A model generated the notes under the pieces. It did not search any database, was not told where the DNA came from, and saw only the letters and a program-made list of their open reading frames with translations. This document shows, in pieces, positions 49,861-62,781 of a stretch of 64,000 nt of DNA (positions are counted from its first letter, which is position 1; every line of letters begins with the position of its first letter). A program made the position numbers and the translations under genes. The stretch covers positions 83,516,001 through 83,580,000 of the forward strand of contig CM059432.1 in assembly GCA_030390025.1 (NCBI GenBank). The letters run 5' to 3'. The DNA comes from Squalus acanthias. Lineage: Eukaryota.

Positions 49861-52800
49861 GGCCTTTGCTAACAAGAAAGGCCGCTCCTCTAAAGTATAC
49901 CGGTCGAGAGCTCCTGTTAGCTTCACAGCTGCTATCTATGGAGCTGCTCCTCCCCCAGGAACCACTGTTAAGGCTACAGTTGCCGAAGGGAAAATTGCCC
50001 CTCCTCCCATCACGGCTGTTTTTCCCCAAAGTTTGTCCCATGCAGCCACGAAGGTTTCAGTAAATGGGCACACTCTAAGCGCGCTAATCGACTCCTGCAG
50101 CTCTGACAGCTTCATTAGTAAGCGGGCTGTCAACAGGTTAAAACTGCACATTTATCCCTCGGACAGGGAGATTGCAATGGCTCTGACGACTCTGACCACC
50201 AATTCTTCTGGCTTCTGTCTGGTCAACCTCATCCTCAACGGCCGCACGTATCTCTCCACCCGGCTCGGAGTACTCGCAAACTTATGCAGCGATGTGCTTC
50301 TGGGACAGGACTTCCAGAAGCAGCACAAGAAGATCACTTTTGAGTTTGGAGGATCAAGGCCGGAGCTTACCATTTCTAAGGTGCCGTTTTGTGCACTCTC
50401 GGCGGCCTTACTCGGTGAACCCTCCCTGTTTGCCAATCTTCCCCCCCGCTGTAAACCCATAGCCACCAAATCGCGGCGCTTTAGCCAAGACGATCGAGCG
50501 TTTATTGAGGCGGAAATCTCTCGCCTTTTAGTCGACGGTATTATCGAGCCATGTTCATCTCCCTGGCGGGCTCAGGTCGTCATCGTGAGGAATCCCTTAA
50601 AACAACATAAAAAACGTCTGTGTATCGATTATTCGCAGACTATTAATCTATATACCGATCTGGATGCCTACCCGCTGCCACGCATAGATGACATGGTCAA
50701 CAACCTTGCCAAATACAAGGTATTCTCGACCTTCGATTTAAAAAGCGCGTACCATCAGGTGCCACTGCAAGACTCCGACAAGAAGTATACGGCCTTTGAG
50801 GCCAATGGTCGGCTTTTCCAGTTTCGCCGCCTTCCATTCGGGGTCACCAATGGGGTGGCCGTCTTCCAACGGGCCATGGATGGCCTAGTCCGGCAAGAGA
50901 ACTTGACGGATACCTTTCCGTATTTAGACAATATCACTATTGCCGGCCATGATCAAAAGGAGCATGACGCCAATCTTCAGAGATTTTTTGATGTACTCCG
51001 CCGTCGCCACTTAACGTTAAACGAATCCAAATCGGTGAAGTCGGTGCCATCGGTGAACATTCTTGGCTACTGGGTGGGCAACGGTGTTATTAAACCGGAC
51101 CCAGAGCGACTTCGTCCACTTCAGGAGCTCCCTCCCCCGACGAACCTCGGCTCTCTTCGTCGGGCACTTGGCATGTTTGCTTATTACGCAAAATGGATAC
51201 CACACTTCTCCGATAAAATACAGCCCCTGCTCCATGCGAAGTCTTTTCCATTGGAAGCTACGGCTATTTCTGCCTTCAACCTCCTCAAACGACAGCTGGA
51301 GAAAGCCACGCTTCGCTCCATTGACGAAAATCTTCCTTTGTGGTCGAATGCGATGCATCGGAGGTGGCGATCTCCGCTACCTTGAATCAAGGTGGCCGAC
51401 CCGTGGCATTCCTATCCAGAACCTTGCAGGGTAGCGAGCTCCATTACCCCCCCGTCGAGAAGGAGGCTACGGCCATCATCGAGGCTGTACGCCAATGGGG
51501 TCATTTTCTTGCTCGGCGTCATTTTACGCTTATAACTGACCAGCGCTCTGTGGCCTTCATGTTGGATAACCGGAGGCGCACGAAAATCAAAAATAATAAA
51601 ATTCAACTCTGGAGGATGGAGCTGGCTGCCTTTGGATATACTATTTGCTACCGACCCGGCAAACAGAACGTGGCCCCAGATACCTTCACACGGGCATTTT
51701 GCTCCTCAATGTCAACGTCGACTCTGGCGGATTTGCATATGGACTTATGCCATCCTGGTGTGACCCGCATGTTGCACTTTGTGCGCTCCAAAAATCTACC
51801 ATTTTCAACCGAGGACGTAAAGAAAACATGCTCCTCCTGTAGGATTTGTGCAGAATTGAAACCACAATTCTTTCGCCCATCAGATGGCTTACTCATACAT
51901 GCAATGCAGCCTATGCAGAGGCTCAGCATAGACTTTAAAGGGCCATTGCCTTCGTCGACAAGGAACACCTACCTACTTACGATGGTGGACGAGTATTCAC
52001 GCTTTCCCTTCGCCTTCCCCTGCCCTAATATGCTTACCTCTACGGTAATTAAATGCCTCGATCAGGTCTTTTCCCTTTGCGGGACGGCCAATTTTATCCA
52101 CACTGATCGGGGTCCCTCCTTTATGTCGAGTGAACTTAAAAGTTATCTCTCCCAACGGGGAATCGCCTCAAGTAGGACGACACCATATCACCCAATCGGT
52201 AACGGACAGGTTGAACGATACAATGCCATCATCTGGAACTCTGTCCGTCTGGCACTAAGGTCACGCAACCTGCCGGACCAGCAGTGGGAAACGGTGCTCC
52301 CCGACGCGTTACACTCTATCAGGTCTCTTCTCTCCACATCTACTAATGTCACGCCTCATGAGCGATTCTTCAAATTCCGGCGTCGCTCTACACATGGGAC
52401 GTCTCTACCGTCATGGTTGGTGGCTCCAGGCCCGGTGCTACTCCGGAGGTTCGTCCGGTCTGCCAAAAACGACCCTCTCGTTGACGAGGTGGAGTTAACG
52501 GAGGTAAACCCCACGTATGCGCACGTACGGTACCCTGATGGCCGGGAGACCACCGTCTCGCTCCGAGATCTGGCTCCCTGCCCAACCGGTCACACGGGCC
52601 CGAATGATGAAGGATCCCCCGACAATGATATCAACACTCCGCACCCCTATGAAAATGATGCCCCGCCTGGGACATCGGGGGATCTGCCGGCAACGCTACC
52701 GGATCAACTCAGGGAGCTGGACGCTCCCCGTAGGATGGCCACCCGAAACCAGGACGCCGGACAATCTCCAGCCACGACCCGGGATGAGGCCAGCTCAGCA

Positions 52801-52995
52801 CCTGTGGGGACCCGCACCCGGAGTCATGATATTCCCAGTCCTCCACAGGATGATCAAGATGACGCGGACTCTACTGACTTACCGGTACGGGCCAAGCGAC
52901 CCAGGGACCAGGACACGGTCCGGGGAGACGTGCCTTCCAGTCACAAGCAGAGAGCCAAACGTCTACGGCTATTTCTGGTCCGCCTAGTCCGTTAA
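49861..52995 (+). CDS. pol: Gypsy Pol: protease, RT, RNase H, integrase (frameshift at ~51338)
   Basis: ALIDSCS; DLKSAYHQ, LPFGVTN, YLDN; CDAS, EKEA, TDQ; HHCC, IDFKG, HTDRG, VERYN; no chromodomain evident. Confidence 0.92.
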
Positions 52996-53021
52996 AGGAA
53001 GACTGGACTTCCAAACCTTTT

Positions 53022-53033
53022 AGGGAGGAAGAA
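53022..53033 (+). promoter_or_regulatory. Polypurine tract
   Basis: AGGGAGGAAGAA immediately before the 3' LTR. Confidence 0.9.
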
Positions 53034-53248
53034 TGTCATAAATCGCAAGTAACAACTCAGGAAGTACTACTGGGCGGCCAGCTGGGGCGCCGTCCAGGGA
53101 GTATAAATACTCAGGCATGGGCCCACCTTGGGCAGAGACAATCTGGAAACAGGAAGCTAGTGACTGCTAACTAGACCTCCATGTTTTGTTACAAGTTGAT
53201 TAAAGCCTTGCTTTATGTTCAAGTGCGTAGTGAGTCTTTATTACGTCA
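53034..53248 (+). repeat. 3' LTR
   Basis: 214/215 identical to the 5' LTR by eye. Confidence 0.97.
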
Positions 53249-53280
53249 AACTGCCTTAAGAAAATAAATAAATATATAAT

Positions 53281-56200
53281 GGGGATGAAATTGGAGGCGT
53301 TAACTCCAGCTGCTACCCCCATGAAATGGCGAAAAGACGGCAGCCGGCGCTCTTCTGCCAGCTGGTGGCGAATCCATCGGCGCAGGCCATTTTGGAGCTG
53401 CTGGTAAACACTAGGGCCAGGGAGATTTAAATGAAAGCGATTGTGACGTCAGTGAGTGTGTAACGCTCACATGCCCCCCGATCTCCAACATTGCATTTAG
53501 CCATTGTACTTACCGTCAGTGCAGAACAACGACAGGGAGAGCTGTCGGCCCAGCAGGAAGCAGGCTGCAGCAGCGATATTTAAAGACACCATCCCAATCA
53601 GTTGCACCTGACATGGTTCTGCAGTTTCAGTGGCTGTTTGCTGCTTCCTGCAACTGAAACAGCTTTCTTTAGTTATTTCAAGTTCTTTTGGTAACAGGGA
53701 GTGTTGATTCAAGTGCAGAAGTCCCTCATTTTTTAAAGGTTTCTGCTCACAACAGGTCCTCATGACGGCTGCACTGGCAGTTGACCTCGCCCTCCAGGAT
53801 CTACGGCAGAAGGAGCGGAGGCAGCGAGGAAGATGGGAACCTGCACACAGAGACAGGAGGAAGAGGGCCATGAGGACTCTCAACAGGAGGCCTTACCCAC
53901 CTAGGGTCTTCCAACAGCACTTCAATTAAGCGAGGAGCAGTGTCTTAGGAAGCTATGCTTCAGCAAGGAGGTGGTCACAGAACTCTGCCACCTCCTGCAA
54001 CCAGACCTGCAGCCTGAGAGCAGTCAAGGACACCGTGGCACACCACATCCCCATCATACCATACCTGTGTCACGGAATATCACATCGCTCTCCTGGACAC
54101 AAAGCTGAAATGAGACACACCACAAAAGATTCCAAACACAATTATTAAATTTATCAATAATCGCAAGACTCATATTTACAATTATACTATCAACTAATCA
54201 CCCTGGTGCAATCCCTTAATGTCTGTTTTTCGTGTGGCTTTTCCTATTCCAGTGCTCCTACGATGAGCTCCCCCAGTGGCTGCAGCATGGCTGGTGGAAG
54301 GCTGCTGACTTTCAGTGGGGGAGACCTCAGATGGCCTTGTAGGACAACCTCAAGCAGCTCTGGTCATAGAAGGCCCGGCTGTAGACTGCACTGCATCGGC
54401 ATCGGCGGCAGCAGTCTGGGCTGGCTGGCTGACAGGCAGTGGCAAGGGCAATGGTGGAGTGGCAGTGGTGGGAACAGGAATGCTGTCATCCTGAGAGAGG
54501 ACAGCAGGGTCCTGCTCCACTGACTCACTGTCACTCCACTGGGGTGGCGCCTCAGCATTCCCACCAATCTGTTGGAGCACAGATTGCTGGCCTGCTGTGA
54601 CACCCTGCAAGCCCCGCTCAACGGTGGGCAACCCAGGCATGATGGCAGCAGTCAGAATTGGGTGGCACCAAGCAGAGACTGCATGATAGCAGTCTGAGCT
54701 TCCGCTGCAGCACTAAGATGTTGGGTCACTTCCGCCTGTCCTGCAATGGAAGCTGCAACATCACCCATCATGCGCGCCATTACCTCTGGGTCGGTACAGT
54801 CTCTCTGGGAGTGCACGATCATTTCCAGGCTGGAAATCCTCAGCTCCATGCTCTGCGCAGAGCCCCGTGCAATGTTGGAGGTGGACTCCTCCACACTCCT
54901 TAACATTGCCGAGAGGCTCTCTGGCAGCCTTGCCATTGTACCTATCATCTCCCTGTGCATGCCCATCATCCTTCTTCTGAAGGCCTCCTCATCTGAGTCC
55001 TGTGCAACAGAACTTGCGCTCGAACTCGCCCTCCGGGGAGCTGGCCCCCAAGCTACCCTTTCTCCCTGGTCTTGCTGCAGCCCACTCATGCCCGGTGCAT
55101 CACCCAGTGCAGATCCCGCTTCTACACTAGCCTCTAAAGTTTGCGTAGTACCAGTTTCTGAGCTGGTGTCTGCGAGTGAGAGATGTAGTGACGGTGCCTT
55201 TTGTTCCTCCTCCTCTTCTCCCCCGCGCTCTCTGCGGTGTCCTCGGGGACAGGCTGCTCAGCTGCTTGTTGATTATCTGAAAGCACAAAGACACAAGAGT
55301 TGGGTTATGTTGAGGGGTGGGGTGGGTGGGGGGCGGGGGGAGCCAGAAATGCATCCATACAGCATAAGCAGCTCGAAAGTGAGGAAAGATTGTGGGCTGA
55401 GGGGGAAGTGGGATGTGAGAAGAAGGATTAGGAATGACCATACCGTTGTTGTCCCCAAAGGGTCAAAACTCACCAGTGGCCACGGCCTCTACCACGTCAT
55501 GCCCAATGATCTCAAGCACTCACTCCTCAAGCTGGCTCAGGTGTTGAAGGTCCACCTGGCCCCTTCCTGACCACTCCTGCTCCCCGACCTTGGCCTGCAA
55601 GAGAAAGAGAAGTGTTGAGTGAGCGTGGAGCAATGTGTTTGGGTGATGTGCCTGCCATAGTTGAATAGCTGCCGTTGTGTGCAAGATGTGAGATGTAGGT
55701 GTGAGTGTTGATAGGTGGAGATTGTTGCTTTGTGAGTATTGGGGGTTTGATGCATTGAGCAGTGTGTGAAGTTGTGTTGCAGGTGGTGGTATGTGGCATT
55801 TACTGAAGTCTTCACTCACCTTGACCACCTGTATGAGGTCGTTAAGCTTCTTCCAGCACTGGGTGTGGGTCCTGGAGCCAACAGTGCTGGTCGTGACATG
55901 GTCCACTTCTCACGCCACATGGTCCTGGATGCGTGTGGCGAGGGTCTCCTGCCAGTTTGTGTGTATAGCACTGCCTGCCTCGAGAGCTTCGTCGGAGATC
56001 CTAGGGGCTATCTCCCTCTGTCTATGTTCTACTATCACTACTTGTAAGTGTTGCTTCACCGTCCGCCTTTTCACTGTGCTGTTGGGGCAGCTGAACAGCC
56101 TAACAGCCAAACAATGAGGTGCTGCAGCATTAATCCACCCTCCTTTTAAATAGGAAAAAGTCTGTGGCAATCATGACTGAATTAGACCGTCCACCATATT

Positions 56201-56382
56201 GGTCCACCTGTTCAGTGTAACGCCAATGAGCAGCAGTTTTAGCACTGAAATCATGACTAAAATCATGTTAATGAAGAGTGAGGACGAATTTTACAATCCT
56301 AACTAGACCATTTTCCGGTGGCGGCTTAACCTCATTTAGTCTTAACACTGCCGCTTTCTTGGCAATATCCAATTTTTAACCC
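53281..56382. mobile_element. Harbinger derivative: transposase core deleted, Myb pseudogene retained
   Basis: TIRs GGGGATGAAATTGGA / TCCAATTTTTAACCC with AAT TSD; transposase stub ~53760-54030 (+); Myb exons (-) ~54200-56030. Confidence 0.85.
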
Positions 56383-56385
56383 AAT

Positions 56386-56762
56386 GCTTTTCACAACCTC
56401 AGGACGTCCCAAACACTTTATAGCCAATTAAGTACTTTTGAAGTGTAGTCACTGTTGTAATGTAGGAAATGCAGCAGCTAACTTGTGCACAGCAAGCTCC
56501 CAGAAATAGTGACCAGATGATCTGTTTTTAGGTGTTGGTTGAGGGATAAATATTGGCCATGACACCAGGGAGAACTCCCCTCCTCTTCTTCAAAATAGTG
56601 CCATGGGATCTTTTACATCCACCTAAGAGGTGTCCAAAAGGCGATACCGCCAACAGTGCAGCACTCCCTCAGTACTGCACTGGCATGTCCAGCTAGATTT
56701 TGTGCTTATGCCTCTGGAGTGGGACTAACACGAGGGTGCTACTACTGAGCCATGGCTGACAC
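56386..56762 (-). mobile_element. Deu-domain-like SINE (tail interrupted by the Harbinger)
   Basis: Reverse complement of the 25625-26090 family. Confidence 0.85.
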
Positions 56763-57679
56763 CTATATATTGGGTTTAGTGGCGTGCTGGAGCCGCGAGT
56801 TCCTGACTGCATCCCCCCCACCCCCCAAAGTAAATTTGGTGGATACGTTTTTTAATCAGTTCTTCCTGACAGCCATCAATAGTGAATCTTTCATGTTTAC
56901 TTTGTCAGGGCCTGGTGGCCCTAGCTTGCCAGTAAACCCAGCATAAAAACAACTTAAAACTATCTTTTTGTCTTTACAAACTATCCCTCCCTCATTGAAT
57001 TCACAGTGTGATCCTCACCTTTGCTTTTGGCTGATGTAAAGATTATTTGTGAGGTAAAGTTGACAGGATTATAACAGTAAAACTTTAAAAAAATCACAAA
57101 GATTGAATTTAACCCTTACAACTGCAAAGTATCAAATGTGTGCAACTGTGGATGTGCTGTAACCATCAGGTCACCCTGTGAGGACTTATTGTTTGGCAGA
57201 AATCCAGGCTAAATGCCATTGAACAGGTGTTAAAACACATGAGAATACTGGGATAACTGACAACTCATATTATGATGGCCATAGGTCACACAAAAGTGGG
57301 TTTGGGTTGTGCATGCTTGTAGACATACTTTAAATAAACAGTATAGATTTATTCCTTTTTGCTTGAATAAATCCTGGAGTCAATATCCTGTGGAGAACAG
57401 TCATGTGACATCGACCATTGGTAAAGTGCAATGCTGAGATGCTGAGTTGCAAAAGCATGTACTGAGAATTGATTTTTAGGTGGAAGGGAGAAGGATTAGA
57501 ATAAAACAGGCATAAATACTGACCAGGAAGTTTGGATGAAACAGAATTCCAACTCAGCAAAAAGTAAGACAAAAAAAAAGCATAGAAAGAAAAATGAGAG
57601 TGCACATGAGGAGAGATAGAAAACACATCTGGACACCGTCACAGTATCAAGCTGCAGGATGAAAACGCATAACTCATGG

Positions 57680-58922
57680 ACATAGCATGGTTACAGCACA
57701 GAAGGAGGCCATTCAACCCGTTGAGCCCGTGCCAGCTCTCTGTAAGAGCACTTCAGTTAGTCCCACTCCCTCGTCCTTTCCCCGTAGCCCTGCAATTTGT
57801 TTTCCTTCAGGTACTTATCCAATTCCTTTTTGAAAGCCATGATTGAGTCTGCCTCCACCATCCTTTCAGGCAGTGCATTCCAGATCCTAACCACTCGCTG
57901 CGTAAAAAAGATTTTCCTCATGTCGCCTTTGCTTCTTCTGCCAATCACCTTAAATCTGTGTCCACTGGTTTGCGACCCTTCCACCAATGGGAACAGTTTC
58001 TCTCTATCTACTCTGTCTAGACCCCTCATGATTTTGAACACCTCTATCAAATCTTCTCTCAACCTTCTCTGCTCTAAGGAAAACAACCCCAGCTTCTCCA
58101 GTCTATCCACGTAACTGAAGGCCCTCATCCCTGGAACCATTCTTGTAAATCTTTTCTGCACCCTCTCTAAGGCCTTCACATCCTTCCTAAAGTGCGGTGC
58201 CCAGAATTGGACACAATACACCAGTTGAGGTCGGAACAGGGTTTTATAAAGGTTCATCATAACTTCCTTGCTTTTGTACTCTATGCGTCTGTTTATGAAG
58301 CCCAGTATCCCGTATGCTTTTTTAACCGCTTTCTCAACCTGCCCTGCCACCTTCAACAATTTGTGCACATATACCTCCAGGTCTCTCTATTCCTGCACCC
58401 CCTTTAGAATTGTACCCTTTAGTTTATATTGCCTCTCCTCGTTCTTCCTACCAAAATGTATCACTTCGCACTTTTCTGTGTTAAATTTTATCTGTCACTT
58501 GTCCGCCCATTCCACCAGCCTGTCTATGTCCTCTTGAAGTCTATCACTATCTTCCTCACTGTTCACTATACTTCCAAGTTTTGTGTCATCTGCAAATTTT
58601 GAAATTGTGCTCTGCACACCCAAATCCAAGTCATTAATATACATCAAGAAAAGCAGTGGTCCTAATACCGACCCCTGGGGAACATCACTGTGTACCTTCC
58701 TCCAGTCCGAAAGACAACCGTTCACCACTACTCTCTGTTTCCTGTCACTTAGCCAATTTCGTATCCATGCTGCCACTGTCCCTTTTATTCCATGGGCTTC
58801 AACTTTGCTGGCAAGCCATGTGGCACTTTATCCAATGCCTTTTGGAAGTCCATGTACACCACATCAACCGCATTGCCCTCATCAACCCTCTCTGTTACCT
58901 CATCAAAAAACTCAATCAAGTT
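57680..58922 (-). mobile_element. CR1 LINE 3' part
   Basis: ORFs 57757-58368 and 58495-58776 ([16 protein letters not shown]). Confidence 0.95.
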
Positions 58923-58934
58923 ATTTCATCTCTA

Positions 58935-59070
58935 ACATTTTCCGGTTTTGATGAAAAATCATCCACCTAAAACATTAACTCTGTTTCTCTCTCCGCATAT
59001 GCTGCCTGACCTGCTAAGTGTTTCTAGCATTTTCTGTTTTTATTTCAGATTTCCAGTATTTTGATTTTAT
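58935..59070 (+). mobile_element. Decayed Penelope pLTR
   Basis: ttaactctgtttctctctcc..atgctgcctgacctgct matches 6229-6298; hammerhead core mutated. Confidence 0.7.
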
Positions 59071-59547
59071 CCCTTTAAGCGACACTGGTTCTGGCCATTT
59101 CATGCTCTGTGCAGTGGGCGGGTCCAGCACTCAGCAGGTGTCACGCTTAACTGCATCGAAATGGCATCAGGGTTCTAACAACATCATGTAATGAGGCTCC
59201 CTCTTTCTGGCGACAGGGCTGGCTGCCTAAATCGAGGCCCGATGGAAATTGGCAGCGGGAGGGCCTCAGGCAGTAAGTATTATTTTTTTAATTTTGGTAT
59301 TGCTATAGCCCTGTTCCCACTGAAAAAATGGGATGGTAGCTAGAGACCAAAATCAGGACCATGGTGTCAACTATCATTGGGAAAAAAATCTTTCTTCTAA
59401 GATAATAGAGAAAAAGTGACAGCATAAAGCAACTGATTTTTTTGAGCTCCAAAAACTAAAATATTTACTTAAACTCAGTTTTTGCATACTCCAAGTCAGA
59501 TAACCATGTGTTACCATGACATGAATGTCTCTTTAGCAGCATTAAAT

Positions 59548-61961
59548 GGCCCTAAAATGCCGGCCACCACTCTTTCGCCAACTGGTGGCGAGTCCCGTGA
59601 CGGCCGCCATTTTGGTCCCTACCTTTGCGTTGATGGTAACTGGCATTGCCATTCTGAACAAAATGGCGGCGTTGTGACGTGCACGCCGACTTAACGTCAC
59701 AAATGCGAACTTGGACCCTAACACTGGGTCCTAAGCACGCAAGCATGGCGTGCAAGCAGGCTGACAGTGGTGATGTCAACACCTCTTAAAGGACACACAC
59801 ATCTTTCAGGTAAGTTTGTATTTAAGCTTTATGACTTTTTTTTTGATTTTATTGAAGTAGTGGCTTGCTGCAATAGATATTAAAAGTTTTTTAAGTGTGT
59901 AGGAAGTGCTGCTGGATGCTTGCAAAGGCTCGGATGGTAAATGAAGGCCTTTGAGCAGACAGAAAATGTTGCAAATACTCAGCAGGTCAGGCAACATCTG
60001 TGGAGAGAAAAACAGAGTTCACGTCTCAGGTCGAGATGCTGCCTGACCAGCTGAGCATTTCTAGCATTTTATGCTGGCATTTCACATTTACAGCATCCAC
60101 TCGCAGAGGGAAGAGGAGGACACAGAAGAGGACGAAGCAGAAGAGGAGGAAGCAGATGGATGGATGCATCCCAGACAGCCCCTTTGTGGCTGAGATATCT
60201 GGGATGGTATCATCTGCCTCCGGTACCAGTGACTACAACCCAAATTCCAACATTAGTCCCACACCTTACCTTCCCTCTTTTACTGACCATAACAGTGTTC
60301 TCTTGGCCACGATGCTGAAATAAAAGCCACCATAAAGCAAACTTTTCAATCCAACTATATACATCTATCCATCCAATGTGACATCAAGAAATCAACTCAT
60401 TACCCTTATGCATTCTCTTAGTGACTGTCTTGTGTGTGCCTTTGCCTATCCTACTGAAGTCACGCAATACTACCCCAGTGGCTGCAGCATGGTTGGTGGA
60501 AGGCTGCTGACTTTCAGTGGGGGACACTGCAAATGGCCTTGCTGGTCGACCTTGAGGAGCTGGTGGCTGGGACTGTGAAATCAATCTTCTTCTTCTTGTT
60601 CTTCTTCACCCTCCTCTCCCTCTTCTTGGTCATCCATTGACTGGGCAGGCTGCATTTCTTGGGTGTGTGAAATGAGGAAGGCACAAGGGCGTTGTGGTGA
60701 CGGGAGGGCAGGAAAGCATGAGGTGCATGCCAGAAGGAGGATAACGTATGAGGATACCAGCATCTTGTATCCTTTCAGCCCCACCACTGGCCAAGGGCTC
60801 AGCCATGCCCCTGCCAAGAATGGCCTGCACCATCTCCTCCAAGGGGGTGAGGTGAGGCTAGGAATGGGAGATGTGCCTCGTGATTGGTGCAGATTGTTGG
60901 TAGGTGAGTGATTGGGGGTCATACATTGAGCAGTGTGTGAGGCTAGTGGTGCAGTTGGTAGGAGACGGCTTTTGAAGATGCATTCACTGACCTTGACCAC
61001 TGGTCTGAGGTCATAAAGCTTCTTTGGGCACTGGATCCACGTGGTGGGGGCGACACTGCTGGCAATGATAGCCTCGGTCATCTGGTTCACATCGTTCTTT
61101 CTGGAGGGCCTCCTGGCCCCTGTGGGTAGAGGGCCTATCTTGCATGTTGATCCCCTGCACAAAGCTGGAGTGCTGAGTGTAAGATGTTGGGTGCCCCTTC
61201 CCTGGCTTGCTGAGCCATTTTGTTAGTGCTGGAGCACTTTTCCCATTTTTTGAGGTTAGAAAGGGAATTCAGCTTTAAGAGCTGAATATTCACATCTGAG
61301 ACTTCTTTTTAATGTTTTAAAAAAAAATCAGACTGGGCTGAAAACTGGATTGTTTCATTGGATTTTAATTTGTATTATTTCAGAGTGCATGGCCCCTTTA
61401 ATTCTCAGGCCTTTACATTGCCCACAATTCCTTGCGAGCTCCACAGCCTCGCTTCCCCTAAAAAGAGTAAATGCTGTTCTACTCTGCCTTATAGGAGTCA
61501 CCAGGAGAAAGGGAGTGCTTGCTAGAGGGCCCCTTGATCTGCAGGAGGAATGGGAGGCCAGGCAGAGCAGCATCAGCTGCTGCAGGAGAGAGGGACAGGA
61601 GGGCGAGGTGGACTCCTTCCCTCTGTGAGTACAGGACATCCCTCCTCCTCTGGACCGCCTCCATCAGGACCTCCAGTGCCGCGTCCAAGAACCTGTGAGC
61701 CCTCTCACTCGGTCCCTGAGCCATCCTGAAAGGTGCCACTGTGCCAGCGCACATTACATCTTCAGTAGAAGTGGGTGAGTGAGCCTAAAAATACTGCTCC
61801 ACGAAAATTGTGTCTAATCAGCGCCTCCAGGCAAGTTCAAATTATGGTAATCAGCAGTTAGAACCAAAATTGCATGCTAAAACCACTTTCAAACAGGCCG
61901 TATCTTATTAGCACACCACCCATTTAGCACCTGTGTGCATCCTTTCACCAAAATAACCCCC
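59548..61961. mobile_element. Harbinger derivative (transposase deleted; two Myb exon-1 remnants)
   Basis: Transposase 3' stub ~60100-60230; Myb remnants (-) 60410-61220 and 61620-61725 (HRFLDAALEVLMEAVQRRRDVLY). Confidence 0.7.
59955..60098. mobile_element. Short inverted Penelope pLTR pair
   Basis: actcagcaggtcaggcaacatct ... agatgctgcctgaccagctgagc. Confidence 0.6.
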
Positions 61962-62330
61962 AGTGGGTTCAAGCCCCAATACAGACTTGAACACGTAAAT
62001 TAGAGTGGCACGTCAGTGGAGTGCTGAGTATTGCATTGTTAAAGGTGCCGTCTCTCAGATGAGATGTTAAACTAAGGTCCCATCTGCCTGCTTAGGTGGT
62101 GGTAGAAAACCCTGTGCTGCTATTCGAAGAAGAGCTGGGTATTGTGACCCTCTTAACCAATGCCACCAAAGCAGATTATCTGGCTATTTATTCATTTGCT
62201 GTTTCTCCTACCTTGTTGTATGCTAGCTTTTGCATTGTGTCAAATTTTGTCTGGTTACACTCCCGTGAAGTGCCTTGTGATGTTTTACTACATTAAAAGC
62301 GCTATATAAATGCAAGTTGTTGTTGTTGCT
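61962..62330 (+). mobile_element. Decayed Deu-domain-like SINE
   Basis: gggttcaagcccc; ggtgccgtctctcagatgagatgttaaac; gcgctatataaatgcaagttgttg tail. Confidence 0.8.
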
Positions 62331-62781
62331 TTTGCCTACTTAACAGCAGTTCTTGCATTTTGAAAGTAACCCGTCGCTTAGTGCTTTGGGACATCATGTG
62401 GATGTTGAGGAAACTGTATTGTAATATTACGCTGACAATTGTATTACAGAATTGTATGACTTCAACTAAAAAGTAAAGAGTGTTGTGAGAACAAGTGAAT
62501 TTGATTGAGATTCATTACTCCACTCAGTATAGCAAGACCGAGAGATAGGGAAGTGAAAATACCTACATGCCACAAATTAGAACATTTCCAGGAGTCTCAT
62601 AGCTGCAGGGTCAAAGGAAGCTTCAATGCCAGAACCATGAGATAATGTCTAGGATCTAAGTTAAAACTGATACCTGAAATATGCTCATTCCTCTCCAACT
62701 CCACTTCCCAGCATACATGGATCCAAATGGCAAGGGAGTTTAGTCTGGTAGGAGTAAAATAAGTTCTATCCAAGATTGTAA

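Larger units (their letters stand above)
48740..53248 (+). mobile_element. Full-length young Ty3/Gypsy LTR retrotransposon
   Basis: 215-bp TG...CA LTRs differing at one base, 5-bp TSD AACTG (48735-48739, 53249-53253), PPT, gag-PR-RT-RH-IN order. Confidence 0.97.

Noticed and set aside
54746..55570. 274-aa plus-strand ORF
   Set aside because: Antisense shadow of the Harbinger Myb-like exons.
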